A stretch of 19,553 nucleotides of DNA, taken from contig NW_021824221.1 of the NCBI RefSeq assembly GCF_006345805.1, positions 1-19,553 of the forward strand. The letters run 5' to 3'. The notes under the pieces were generated by a model, which saw nothing but the letters and a program-made list of their open reading frames with translations, had not been told where the DNA came from and ran no database searches. Both the position numbers and the translations under genes were made by a program. Source of the stretch: Octopus sinensis. Its lineage: Eukaryota. Of this stretch, positions 1 to 10,870 are shown piece by piece (position 1 is the stretch's first letter; every line of letters starts with the position of its first letter).

Positions 1-244
1 ATGCATGTAAGACTTCAAACTCACCTTACCCTAATTAAATATTATAAATAGCTTGTGATAGTCCCCCTGCCTTAGTTTTTGTTGTCCTCCTCCCCTAATA
101 TATACCTGCTAACACATAGCCCTAATACGGATTCCTAGCTCATCCTCGGCTGTGAACTTTGGCACTGACGGATGACCAATTATAGCACTTAGCGTCCCTA
201 TTCGTTGACATCACCAGTGAACTAAAATCTCATATTCTTATATA

Positions 245-425
245 TATATAGTTCTAATTTATAGAAAAATAAAGAGAACAAAATCGAAGATAAATATAGG
301 AACGACAAGCATGTGCATTAGTTGACGCTCGGGTAAAAAGCAAAACGTCTTTTACGTTTCGAGCCTATGCTCTTAAACGGAAAGGAATAAGTGGAAATAG
401 ACAGAAAGAGAATGAAAAGAAATGT
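245..425 (-). mobile_element. Short interspersed repeat, probably derived from a Penelope-like element terminal repeat (pLTR), with a minimal hammerhead-like motif at 349-384
   Basis: Minus strand reads CTTT-CCGTTTAA-GAGC-ATAG-GCTC-GAAAC-GTA-AAAG. It is homologous to 5065-5195 and 15140-15226 (shared GAGC..GAAACGTA core). PLE origin is inferred from the known association of minimal type I hammerheads with PLE terminal repeats. Confidence 0.55.
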
Positions 426-459
426 ATAGAGTTCAGCGGTCTAACATGATGACACACAC

Positions 460-584
460 ACAACGGACTGGCTTCTTTGAGTTGTCTAATCGACTCACTT
501 TGGTCGGTACGTAGCTATACTAGAAGAAACTTGCCCAGTGTGTCAGGCAATGTGAATGATTCCGGAGCCATATGGTTGGGAAAC
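460..584 (-). mobile_element. Degenerate 5' fragment of SINE family A
   Basis: Aligns with the head/CORE-like part of 2012-2454 and 4255-4652 (gcttcttt..ttggtcgg..gctata..agaaga.acttgccca..ccggagccatatggttgg). Confidence 0.7.
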
Positions 585-587
585 CGT

Positions 588-605
588 ATGTATATATATA
601 CATAT

Positions 606-638
<33 letters not shown>

Positions 639-645
639 TATATAC

Positions 646-678
<33 letters not shown>

Positions 679-735
679 ATATATATACATATATACATAC
701 ATACATATATATATATAATATATATAGATATATTA
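588..735. repeat. (TA)n-rich microsatellite
   Basis: Directly visible imperfect TA/CATA array. Confidence 0.95.
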
Positions 736-779
736 CAGACATATAAAAACATATACACACTCACATTTATATACTACAT

Positions 780-1168
780 GTGGAGGCGCAATGGCCCAGT
801 GGTTAGGGCAGCGGACTCGCGGTCGTAGGATCGCGGTTTCGATTCCCAGACCGGGCGTTGTGAGTGTTTATTGAGCGAAAACACCTAAAAGAGCTCCACG
901 AGGCTCTGGCAGGGATGGTGGTGATCCCTGCTGTACTCTTTCACCCCAACTTTCTCTCACTCCTACTTCCTGTTTCTGTTGTACCTGTATTTCAAAGGGC
1001 CGGCCTTGTCACTCTCTGTGTCACGCTGAATATCCCCGAGAACTACGTTAAGGGTACACGTGTCTGTGGAGTGCTCAGCCACTTACACTTTAATTTCACG
1101 AGCAGGCTGTTCCGTTGATCGGATCAACCGGAAACCTCGTCGTCGTAACCGACGGAATGCTTCCAACA
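780..1168 (+). mobile_element. tRNA(Arg-like)-derived SINE, family B, 3' variant 1, full length
   Basis: A box TGGCCCAGTGG (792-802) and B-box-like GGTTTCGATTCC (835-846). 12-bp TSD TATATACTACAT at 768-779 and 1169-1180. Head shared with 6768-7092 and 14010-14315. Resembles the described octopus OK/OR-type SINEs; family name not verified. Confidence 0.9.
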
Positions 1169-1200
1169 TATATACTACATATATGTGTGTGCACACGAAC

Positions 1201-1242
<42 letters not shown>

Positions 1243-2011
1243 TTCCTAGCTTCCTATCAAAGTCTAAAATTCTATCTGTCTACGAAGATTGAATAACCCC
1301 TATTTCTCCTACTTTATCAATCCATCTGTGAAGCTTCTCTTCTATCGCTTCCATCTCTTATGTATCGGTATATACACTATCTGTACACACATGTGTGTAT
1401 GTCTGATTATATTCGGCTATCAATAGTTCCAATCTATCTATTTCTCTTCTGTCTAAACTTAATTTCAACAATCCAATCCCCTTTTCACTCTTCTGACACG
1501 TGACACATTAAATGTTTTTTTTTTTTTTTTTTTCTCCAGCTATCTCTTTCTCCAAAAAAACAACGTTAATAAATATCCCAGCATTAACTCCAGTAGTGAT
1601 TTCGATCTCATGAATGCCTCTTTTATTTCTGTGACACGAAGTAACGCTTCTCGAAACTGAACATGGGGGGGGGGGGAAACAATGCCGAAAAGATTTGGAT
1701 ACAATGATTTGTGGAACTAAAAAAACAAGTAAAAGGTAAGGCTAAAAGAAGAAAAAAAAAATCAGTGAGAATTTCAGAAATTTGGATAAGGTCTTTAAAA
1801 TTCTTGAAGGACGTCAGAATAGAATGCAGGGTGTTAGAATGATGGGAAATGCCAAAGAACTTTCTAGATCCATCATTCTTTCCTAAAACTTAGCCACATA
1901 CCTTCACGTATAAACCTAGTACGGTAAAGGGGGTACACGCGTTATGTGTTGCACATTCTCGTAGAACTGGTTGAAACGTATGGCTATCACCATTAGCTTT
2001 CTAATATATAT

Positions 2012-2454
2012 ACTCTTTTACTCTTTTACTCTTTTATTTGTTTCAGTCATTTGACTATGGCCATGCTGGAGCACCGCCTTCAGTCGAGCAAATCGACCCC
2101 GGGACTTATTCTTTGCAATACCAGTACTTATTCTATCGGTCGCTTTTGCCGAACCGCTAAGTGACGGGGACGTAAACACACCAGCATCGGTTGTCAAGCA
2201 ATGCTTGGGGGACAAACACAGACACACAAACACACACCACACACACATAATATATATTATATATATATATATATATATAACATATATACGACAGGCTTCT
2301 TTCAGTTTCCGTCTACCAAATCCACTCATAAGGCATTGGTCGGCCGGGGGGCTATAGCAGAAGAAGACACTTGCCCAAGGTGCCACGCAGTGGGACCGAC
2401 CCGGAACCATGTGGTTGGTTAGCAAGCTACTTACCACACATCCACTCCTGTACG
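2012..2454 (-). mobile_element. SINE family A (tRNA-like head, CORE-like segment, internal microsatellite, GAGTAAAA-repeat tail)
   Basis: Collinear with 4255-4652, 11447-11838 and 15850-16247. The minus-strand ..ACCTTGGGCAAGTGTCTTCT resembles the start of the CORE domain of MIR-type SINEs. Confidence 0.9.
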
Positions 2455-2839
2455 TTTATTTATGCCCTTCTGTGTATACGTGGGAGAATATGTGAGCATA
2501 CTTGCTTCACTTATATATTTGTATATGCTTACCTCTTCTCCGTGTTGATGTGTTGAGATGTATCTATGAGCAAGTACAGCAACGGTGCGGCACATTTGAT
2601 ATTTTACTCCGGTTACTTTTTAATATTTTGCGTATGTTTGGCCGATTCAGTTTTCCTCTTTGATAGTTCATATTTCTTCTGGAACTTGTTGTATTCTGTA
2701 TCAGTTTAAGTAGACGTTGATAATCACTTAACAAGAACTATTTATATTTCACAGAAATTTCATTCCTTGCAATTTCGAGAGAAGGATATGCGAATGAATA
2801 TCCCTTTGTGGGTAAAGTTTATTATATGAAGCCGTTGTA

Positions 2840-3755
2840 GGATCTTTTCCTTTTGATCGGCAGGTCGATAAATTATTTTTTTTTAAATAAACACTTTCAA
2901 ACTTCGTATACTGGTAGAATGTATCATATAGAACATCATTTACTCTTAGCGTTGTTGAGAAAAGTTTCTATTTACGAAGTTATTTCGTGTTAAAGTCGTA
3001 TTTCAGTAATTTCAACCAATCAATGACGTGTATTCAGCTGAATAAAATTACTGCTGTTGTTTGTCAACAACAATTATTGGTGGTGTATATTTCGTTTGTC
3101 ACTGATATTTATGACATCGTTCGTGCGATTGTACTGGTGTTAGGGTTAGGGTTTTAGGGTTAAGGTTAGCTTTGGGCTTTTAGGGTTAGTATTACGGAAA
3201 AAAGTGAAAAATGAAGAAATTGGAGAGGAAGGGGGCAAAAAGTTTCAAAATTCCGATTTTTGGCAATTTTCCGGAGTCTCCGCATCCGATAAGCTGGGTT
3301 TTTGGCAAAAAAAAATTTTAAACAATAATTTGCGAGAAAATGGCGGGAACGGGAAGAAGTCATTTTGAGAATAGTAGCTGCAAAACAGGAAAAAATATCC
3401 TAAAAGCAGTAGAAATGCATAAACGATTATGGTGGTGTCACGAAGTAAACGTGCTTCAGATACACTCGTATATTCATACGAACGTAACTGCGATGAAATA
3501 TGTCATAAATAACAGTGACAAACGTAATATAAACCGCTGGAAGTTGTTGTTGACAAACAACAGCAGTAATTTTATTCCGCTGAATACACGTCACTGATTG
3601 GTTGAAATTACCGAAATACGACAACTTTAACACGAAATAACTTCGAAAATACTAACTTTTCTCTACAACGCTAAGAGTAAAAGATATGCGAAGTTTGAAA
3701 GTGTTTAGTTAAAGAAAATTCCTTTATTGACCTGCCGATCAAAAGGAAAATATCC
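2840..3755. mobile_element. Non-autonomous Mutator-like (MULE) DNA transposon with long TIRs and internal TTAGGG repeats
   Basis: TIR GGATCTTTTCCTTTTGATCGGCAGGTC (2840-) matches GACCTGCCGATCAAAAGGAAAATATCC (-3755). Inverted homology continues for about 280 bp. 9-bp TSD GCCGTTGTA (2831-2839) / CCCGTTGTA (3756-3764). A 9-bp TSD with long TIRs is characteristic of Mutator. Confidence 0.8.
3140..3190 (+). repeat. Degenerate telomere-like (TTAGGG)n inside MITE
   Basis: ttagggttagggttttagggttaaggttagctttgggcttttagggttag. Confidence 0.85.
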
Positions 3756-4030
3756 CCCGTTGTATTAGAATGTAACAATTATTTTCACTTTCAATGTTGC
3801 ATTTTTGTCTTTTATTTCCGCGGAAACAATCATGGCTGTTGCTATAACTTATATTAGTTGAACATAGTGCAACTAGTTGTACAGATATGCGTCATATAAT
3901 ACGCATACCGGGTTAATCAAAGGTTATAAAGACTACAGTTCAGTATAGTAGGCGAATCATTAAAATATAGGAAATAGATTAGCGAAACTACGGGAACATC
4001 GACCCGGGTGCCTCCGATAGTTGTTATAGC

Positions 4031-4057
4031 TCTTTGCGTTCTGAGTTCAAATCTGGC
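4031..4057 (+). mobile_element. Short B-box remnant resembling SINE family C
   Basis: CGTTCTGAGTTCAAAT matches the B-box segment of the 18319-19049 units; the flanks do not align well. Confidence 0.35.
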
Positions 4058-4254
4058 TATGGAGCGCAGGGGTAGAGCCCTAACAGCGTCAACCGGTTTA
4101 ATATCAATTCACTGCACACACTGTGCTTTCAACGGAATTCATTCTGTTTCAAAGAATTTGCCTTTCTCTGCACGTATATCCTTATGATACGTGCACATTT
4201 ATATGTGCGTACACAAATAGATACATGCACGTACAACAATATATATATATTTTT

Positions 4255-4652
4255 TTTACTTGTTTCAGTCATTTTGACTGCGGCCATGCTGGTGCACAGC
4301 CTTTAATCAAGCAACTCGACCCCGGGACTTATTCTTTGTAAGCCAAGTACTTATTCTATCGGTCTCTTTTGCCGAACCGCTAAGTTACAGGGACATAAAC
4401 AAACCTGCATCGGTTGTCAAGCAATGCTAGGGGGACAAACACAGACACACAAACATATACACGCACATACATATATATATACATATATACTACGGGCTTC
4501 TTTCAGTTTCCGTCAACCAAATCCACTCACAAGGCTTTGGTCGGCCCGAGGCTATAGTAGAAGACACTTGCCCAAGGTGCCACGCTGTGGGACTGAACCC
4601 GGAACCATGTGGTTGGTAAGCAAGCTACTTACCACACAGCCACTCCTGCGCC
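4255..4652 (-). mobile_element. SINE family A, near full length
   Basis: Minus-strand head GGCGCAGGAGTGGCTGTGTGGTAAG...GGGTTCAGTCCC (A- and B-box-like); collinear with the other family A copies. Confidence 0.9.
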
Positions 4653-4798
4653 TATATGTATATAAATATTATATATATAGCATATATTATTATAATAATT
4701 AGGGAATATCAATTCCTGTGCCACAGGAATGAGACATTCAAATTAAAAATATTAAATTGAATATTAAATTGAATTGCTCCCAATAATTAATTCATATA

Positions 4799-5010
4799 TA
4801 TCAAAATATTGTTAGAGATATAAATACCCACAACTTCTTCATCTCAAAACGATATTATCTCAGCCAAGCCATAAAATGTTAAATAATATACTTACTGTTT
4901 ATATTCATAATCCCAAAATTTTCATATGAAAATGTTATGGCTTGGTTGAGTTAATGAATTTTGGAGCTGAAGAAATTGTGGATGTTTCTATCTCTAGCAA
5001 TATTTTGATA
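4799..5010. mobile_element. Fold-back/MITE-like inverted repeat (about 79-bp arms, 54-bp spacer)
   Basis: 4799-4877 is the imperfect reverse complement of 4932-5010 (tatcaaaatattg.tagagata ... ctca.ccaagccataa). Confidence 0.75.
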
Positions 5011-5064
5011 CATAGCACATATATTACATTTACTCACACAAACATACACGCATTCATATATATA

Positions 5065-5195
5065 CAAAAAAAACAAAAGACGAAGATAGGTGGTGTACAA
5101 AACAAACAGATGTATTAGTATTACTCTCAGGAATAGACAAAGTCTGTTACGTTTCGAGCCTACGCTCTTCTACAGAAAGGGACACAGAAGGGACA
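5065..5195 (-). mobile_element. Second copy of the pLTR-like repeat, with hammerhead-like motif at 5144-5179
   Basis: Minus strand reads CTTT-CTGTAGAA-GAGC-GTAG-GCTC-GAAAC-GTA-ACAG; homologous to 245-425. Confidence 0.6.
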
Positions 5196-5196
5196 C

Positions 5197-5248
<52 letters not shown>

Positions 5249-5346
5249 GTAACATACATATAAATGGTGGCGAATATTCTTAGAAATATCACCACCAGTG
5301 GCCTAGCATATATAAATAGACAATAGACAACATATTCTTAATATAA

Positions 5347-5501
5347 AATAGTGTACATATGACACAAGAGAAAACTACCCTTTAACGGGTAATTTGTACA
5401 CCTTTTTATACGTTGTCAAATTTTTACACATTTGGCTGCTTCTTCTAGCGTGTGAAAATTACCTGTTGAATGGTAGTTTTCTTATGTGTTTAAATGTACA
5501 C

Positions 5502-5505
<4 letters not shown>
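5347..5505. mobile_element. Small fold-back/MITE-like inverted repeat (about 55-bp arms)
   Basis: aatagtgtaca..gaaaactacc.tt.aac.ggtaattt (5347-5400) is inverted at 5451-5505. Confidence 0.7.
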
Positions 5506-5532
<27 letters not shown>

Positions 5533-5974
5533 CCCTTCTTTGGTCACAGTTGGTTTATAACTTTCTGTATCTGGAAAGTTCCTCTCCATACTACAAACTT
5601 AACAGCGGAGTTTCTCTAGTAGACAATAGTTGCGTCGCAACAATTCAACCTGCCCCAAAACAACACCAGTGTTCAACGAAAGGCAAGGCTAATACAGTTT
5701 AGCGCCAGTGTCATTACAAGCGGAACTGTTATTAAGTAAGATGTCGGTTCCGCCATTTAATCGCCTTGAGTTGATAACGTTTTATGAAGCTGGATAGGAA
5801 AATCTGACGTCAAAGAGATTTGAGCTTGTAGCACAGAGAATTGAATTAGCTGCCCGGAGACAATCTCTCTGGTTCTCGAACGTCTGCGCCGATTGACAAA
5901 CTTATATTCGTATATATACAGAGTAACATTTCGTCTTCTTCCCCATTAGACAAAACATTCTCACGGAGCCATAA

Positions 5975-6164
5975 ACACACACACACATATAAACACACAA
6001 CATACTTACACACACTGATACACACATGTAGACACACAAACATAGATATACACATACAGCAAAAACACAATCACTCACACATACACGACACGCACAACAC
6101 ACACATATACGCATGAAAAGTAGATATCTATATACGGAATGATATACAAACGCAGATGCCTAAA

Positions 6165-6211
<47 letters not shown>

Positions 6212-6275
6212 CGAACATACATACATACATGCGTGTGTGTCTGTGGCATTAAGCATATACTATTTGGGTATATAC

Positions 6276-6325
<50 letters not shown>

Positions 6326-6460
6326 ATGTATATATGTATGTATATATTTACCTATATCTAAAGATATGAATATATAATTTATATATGCGTGTATGTGTGT
6401 GTTTGTGTGTGAGTGCTTGAGTGTGTATATATATATGTGTGTGTGTGTAAACACACATAT
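5975..6460. repeat. Compound (CA)n/(TA)n/(TG)n microsatellite region
   Basis: Directly visible; source of several spurious C/V/Y/I-rich ORFs. Confidence 0.9.
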
Positions 6461-6767
6461 ATTAGATTCTAGTCATTATCGCCGACAATACTCATTACAT
6501 ATAAAACATGTATTAAATTATATTATTTACAGAGTAACATTATCTATCCATTAATCAATGTTTCATATAACAGATATACAGATATACAATTTCATATCTT
6601 GAAATCTGTGAAAAAGTATTATTTTCTGTCTGAACGTTATTGCAGATTCCATTTTGCATTGTATGTCTCCCAGTAATAGACACGTAGTCTTTTGTCAGAA
6701 AGCGCTATAAAACGTATGTGTGTATGCTTATGGATGTGTGTATGGTTGTACGTATGCATTCATATAT

Positions 6768-7092
6768 GTTTATTTATTTATTTATGCGCCCTTTTCAAGC
6801 CTAGCCAGGCTCATGGGCCCGGTTTCCCAGTTGTTTCTGTGGCGTATGTGTTCCCCTGAATTGGATGGGACCCCAGTCCATCGCAGCGTTACTCAAGAAA
6901 CAGGAAGAGACTGAGAGAAAGTTCTGGCGAAAGAGTACAACAGCGGTTGCCACCCCACCCCCCTGCTGGAGCCTCGTGGAGCTTTAGGTGTTTTCGCTCA
7001 ATAAACGCACACAACACCCGGTCTGGGAATTGAAACTGCGATCCTCCGACTGCGAGTCCGCTGCCCTAACCACTGGGCCGTTGCACCTCCAC
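6768..7092 (-). mobile_element. SINE family B, 3' variant 2, with (TAAA)n tail
   Basis: Minus-strand head GGAGGTGCAACGGCCCAGTGGTTAGGGCAGCGGACTCGCAG closely matches 781-. The 3' part GCTGCGATGGACTGGGGTCCCATCCA...GGGAAACCGGGCCC is shared with 14010-14315 but not with 780-1168. Possible imperfect TSD CATTCATATATG / CATTGATATACG. Confidence 0.88.
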
Positions 7093-7129
7093 ATTGATAT
7101 ACGCTTAGACAAGTACGAAAAAAGTTAAC

Positions 7130-8470
7130 GGGGATACCATAATCGCTATTTTCGATGTAGCAAATCTTTATACTACCATACCACCATGATACAGACTAGA
7201 AGCAATAGCTTTTTGACTAAGAAAATTCCTTGATGAAATTCCGACCGAATTGATCAACAATACATCACTGAGGGATTAACATTCATTCTTCAAAACAACT
7301 TCTTCATTTTAGAGGGAAAATTACAAACAAATATCTGGAATTTCAAAAGGTATAAAATGGTTCTCAATATACGCCAAGTTAGTCTAGAAGTCTAGATGTA
7401 TGAACAAGCCAAAACAAAATACGGTATCAACTTTCAAAATTATCTGGGGAAATTTTGGAAATGATACATAGATGACTACCATATTTTGTGGGCATACAAC
7501 TTAGATGAACTCAGTGACTTCAGATTCCAACAGAACATTATGAAATTTAGTTTTAACCAGCTGTAATTCTTAGACGCTTTGATTATTAAAAATGAAACGA
7601 ACATAGAAATCGACATCTACTACAAACCAACGGATTCTAGACCGTCCCTAGTATTTTTTTCATACTACCCAAAATATACGGAATCCAATATTCCGTTTAA
7701 CATATCTTGAAGAATCCGAACAACTGTCTCCAATCCGAGTGTTCAGAAGAAAAGACTTCTTGAATTAAAACAAACATTACTTGAAAGAAAGTATCCATCT
7801 ACTCTAATAGAGAACGGAGCAGAAGGGGCCGAAGCAAAAGACATTGAATAATTATGTAAAGCCCAAAACATTTCAGATACACCCAAATCTATCTATTTTT
7901 AATTACAACACTAACTCCAAGAAACAGAAACATTCAGCATTTTCCATCAGAAGATACCATTATTGAGCCAAGACCCAAGAAGGAAAGAGTGTCAGTCATC
8001 ATACAAAATAATTAGCAACCAAAGCTCCTAAAATCTACTTACTAACACGAAATTACCAACTATGGATTCAACTCTAACAGTTACAAAGTGTAGCCGATCC
8101 AGCGGTGGAATTTGTGAGAGCTTTGTTGAGAACACAACTTATGGATTCAAATCAGGACGAATGTTTACCTTGAAAAACTATTTTACGTTTTCTTCAAAAA
8201 ATCTAATATATATCATCAAATTCTGGAAAAATACATTGGGCAAACAAAGATCACTTTAAGAATGAGATCAAACATTCATCGTCAACAAATACGTGATCAC
8301 AAAACTAGAAAAATTATTAGTGAGCATCTGGACACATGTTCGAAAACTAAATTTCCCAAATTTCTTGGCTTCTTACTCAATCAACATGCAAGTTATGTCC
8401 TAGGCAAAACAAGAATTAATAAGGAAGTTTGCTTATTCAAATAATAAAACGCACTACTGAACAGGGATGA
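7130..8470 (+). mobile_element. Decayed, 5'-truncated Penelope-like retroelement (reverse transcriptase + GIY-YIG endonuclease), probably Neptune-like
   Basis: Motifs read across frameshifts and stops: FDVANLYTTIP (7151-7183), FILQNNFF..KQISG, WK*YIDD (YIDD 7465-7476), FLDALI..DIYYKPTD (7612-7635), NIPFN, SKNLIYII (about 8194-8217), YIGQT (8232-8246), HRQQIR, LLNRD. Confidence 0.9.
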
Positions 8471-9089
8471 AAAGCATGAGAATTACCCGATTCTCCTTTT
8501 CCTATGAATTAAGTATTTTAGAATGTCGACTTGGGGACAGTTATCATCTATCTTATTTACTCCACAAGTCATTATAACATTACTTATGCAATACCTTGTT
8601 AAGCAAGAAAAAATATGTTTTAAGATGTTCAATAGGAAGGAAATAGTTCTAACTGATAACACTATTGTACGACAGAATAATGAAAGATAATTCTCTTTAA
8701 CATTTTTATGCAAACATATCTTATATCACTTATTCATATCACTTTTTTCCAACTGTCATATGACATATTCAATGCAGAAAATCTTTTATGTTACCTTCTC
8801 GCATGATTGCCGTATATACTTAATACATGAACCTTGAATAATTAGTTTGTACATTAATGGATAGCATTTTAGCCACATTCCTACTATATAACAAGCTATA
8901 TTTTGAACAATAGAAATAATTCGCGAAACGACTCCAACACTTGCACACTTTTGAAAATCGAATAGGAAACCGGTAAGGTGTTTTCCTATATTTTAAAATA
9001 CAATGAAATTCTAATACATATGTGCCTGTTCAACTTTATTTCTTCTATTCGTCCACTTCCTTGAATTAAAAACAATTTCTCTACATTAT

Positions 9090-9300
9090 TCACACACACA
9101 CACACACGTACACACACGCAAACACCTATATATATAATGTTTGCGTGTGTGTGTATGCGTGTATATATGTGTGTGTGTGTTAATATATATATGTATATTT
9201 ATCTGTTTATCCTTCTATCTCTTTCTATCATTCTATCTACACAGACTGACAGACAGACAGAAAAACAAATAGATAGATAGATAGATAGATAGATAAATAT
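9090..9300. repeat. (CA)n/(TG)n/(GATA)n microsatellites
   Basis: Directly visible. Confidence 0.9.
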
Positions 9301-10060
9301 ATAGGTAATAGACGAAACGGGTATACGATTAATTCTTGATTTTTATATATTTTTCATCTGTCTTGCTGAATTTCTCTGGAGAACATTCTTTTCTTTGTAG
9401 TTAGATCGTATGTAATCTTCTTCTAGCATATTGCTTATCCACCGAGTGGTTATCCCTAAATATACACATGAATTAAATATATAGGTAGATAGATAGACAG
9501 ACAGACGCTTCATATATCTACCATCGAAGATATCTTCGAAATGTGTGTGCGTGTATCGTACGTTTAAAACCATATGTGCGTCTGTATGGGTGCAATGTAT
9601 ATATGTATTTAGATTTTTGTGTGTTTGTGTATTTTTTTTTGTTTTTTTTGAGAATCTTCAGCTCAGTTCGCTATAACCACGCTATTAAATGAATAAACCG
9701 ATTGAGATTTTATTATTCATTAAGTGTGCTAATTCCTGTTTTGTATATTCAAAGCTTGATGCCAGCTCTTTTAATTCATACATGTTCACGGTTACAAAAA
9801 AACCGCAAAGACACATGCACATAAACGTAAGACCATTTATAAGTATGTGATTGCATACATACGTTAAGTATATAACGGCACATAACATATATACGTAACA
9901 TCATGTATATGTAATATATATACAGATACATGCATCTGTGTGTGTGTCTGTGTGTCACTTAAGCTCTCTCCCCAAATAGAAGATTCTGGTGAAATGTAAT
10001 GTTTATTTTTACTTCAGTGTTTACATTTCTGACAACTTCCAGATTCCTGCGCTGCCACAC

Positions 10061-10870
10061 GATGATGATGGTGTTAATGATGATGATGATGATGATGATG
10101 AGAGGAGGAGGAGGAGGAGGAGGATTATGATAATGAGGATTATGGTGATGAGTATTATGATGATGAGGATTGTGATGAAGATATGGTGATGATGACGACG
10201 ACGATGACCATGATGATGATGATGACGATGATGATGATGATGACGATGATGATGATGATGATGATGATGGTGATGATGGTGATGATGAGGAGGAGGAGGA
10301 GGAGGATTAGGATGATGATGATTGTGATGAGGATATGGTGTTGATGACGACGGCGATGACCATGATGATGATGATAATGATGATGATGAGGGTGGTAGTG
10401 GTAGTGATGGCAGTGATGGAAATGATGATGAGGGTAACGATGACGACGATGAGGGTAGTGGTGGTGGTGGTGATGGTGATGGTGATGGCGATGACACTGG
10501 TAATGGTGATGATGACGACGATGTTGATGGTTGTGGTGGTTGTGGTGGTTGTGGTTGTGTTGGTGATTGTCGTGGTGAGGATGATGATGATGATGATGAT
10601 GATGATGTAGATGACGATAAGTTGATGATAATGATGAAAACGGCAGCCGCATCGAGCTGAGGTGGTGGCGTAGGGGTGGTTGTGGCGGCTGCGACGGCAT
10701 TAGCGGGTCGCGGTGGGAGTGGGGGTGGGGGTGGGTTTTGGGGGAGGCGACGGCGGCGGCAATGTTAATGATGTCGACGAATATTATGATGGCAATAAAA
10801 GTTGTTGATTTGGTGATGATTGTGATGCGGTTCCTGCTGTTTTTCGAGTGGATGCTGGTGATATAGTTGT
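10061..10870. repeat. Compound trinucleotide array (GAT/GAG/GGT/GAC) with internal block duplication
   Basis: Directly visible. Block GAGn-GATTA..GATTGTGATGA.GATATGGTG.TGATGACGACG.CGATGACCATGAT occurs at about 10099-10225 and again at about 10287-10375. Confidence 0.92.

Noticed and set aside
50-177. Minus-strand translation GHPSVPKFT…*QVYIR…GDYHKL, faintly like the end of a LINE APE endonuclease
   Set aside because: Too degenerate, with a stop and no complete catalytic motif, to call without a profile search.
556-828. Y/I/C/V/H/T-rich ORFs here and throughout (e.g. 5394-6454, 14530-17218)
   Set aside because: They are translations of TA/CA/TACA microsatellites or SINE bodies.
781-860. tRNA-like sequences at SINE heads (also about 7020-7092, 14010-14085 and 18254)
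   Set aside because: The acceptor stems do not close and the sequences run into SINE bodies with TSDs, so they are not tRNA genes.
2755-2811. Possible plus-strand 57-nt exon (tttcacAG … G|GTAAAG; ISFLAISREGYANEYPFV)
   Set aside because: Weak donor, no recognised homology and no linked exons. A similar chance candidate lies at about 16420-16452.
5805-5812. Perfect CRE palindrome TGACGTCA in unique sequence
   Set aside because: A single 8-mer with no other promoter evidence is plausible by chance in 20 kb.
10021-10700. Poly-His, poly-Ser/Pro and poly-Met/Val ORFs, plus an unlisted Asp/Gly-rich frame (about 10338-10660)
   Set aside because: All are readings of a GAT/GGT microsatellite. Phase breaks (e.g. 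GATATGGTG in both duplicated blocks) disrupt the acidic frame, and no supporting donor site or homology was seen.
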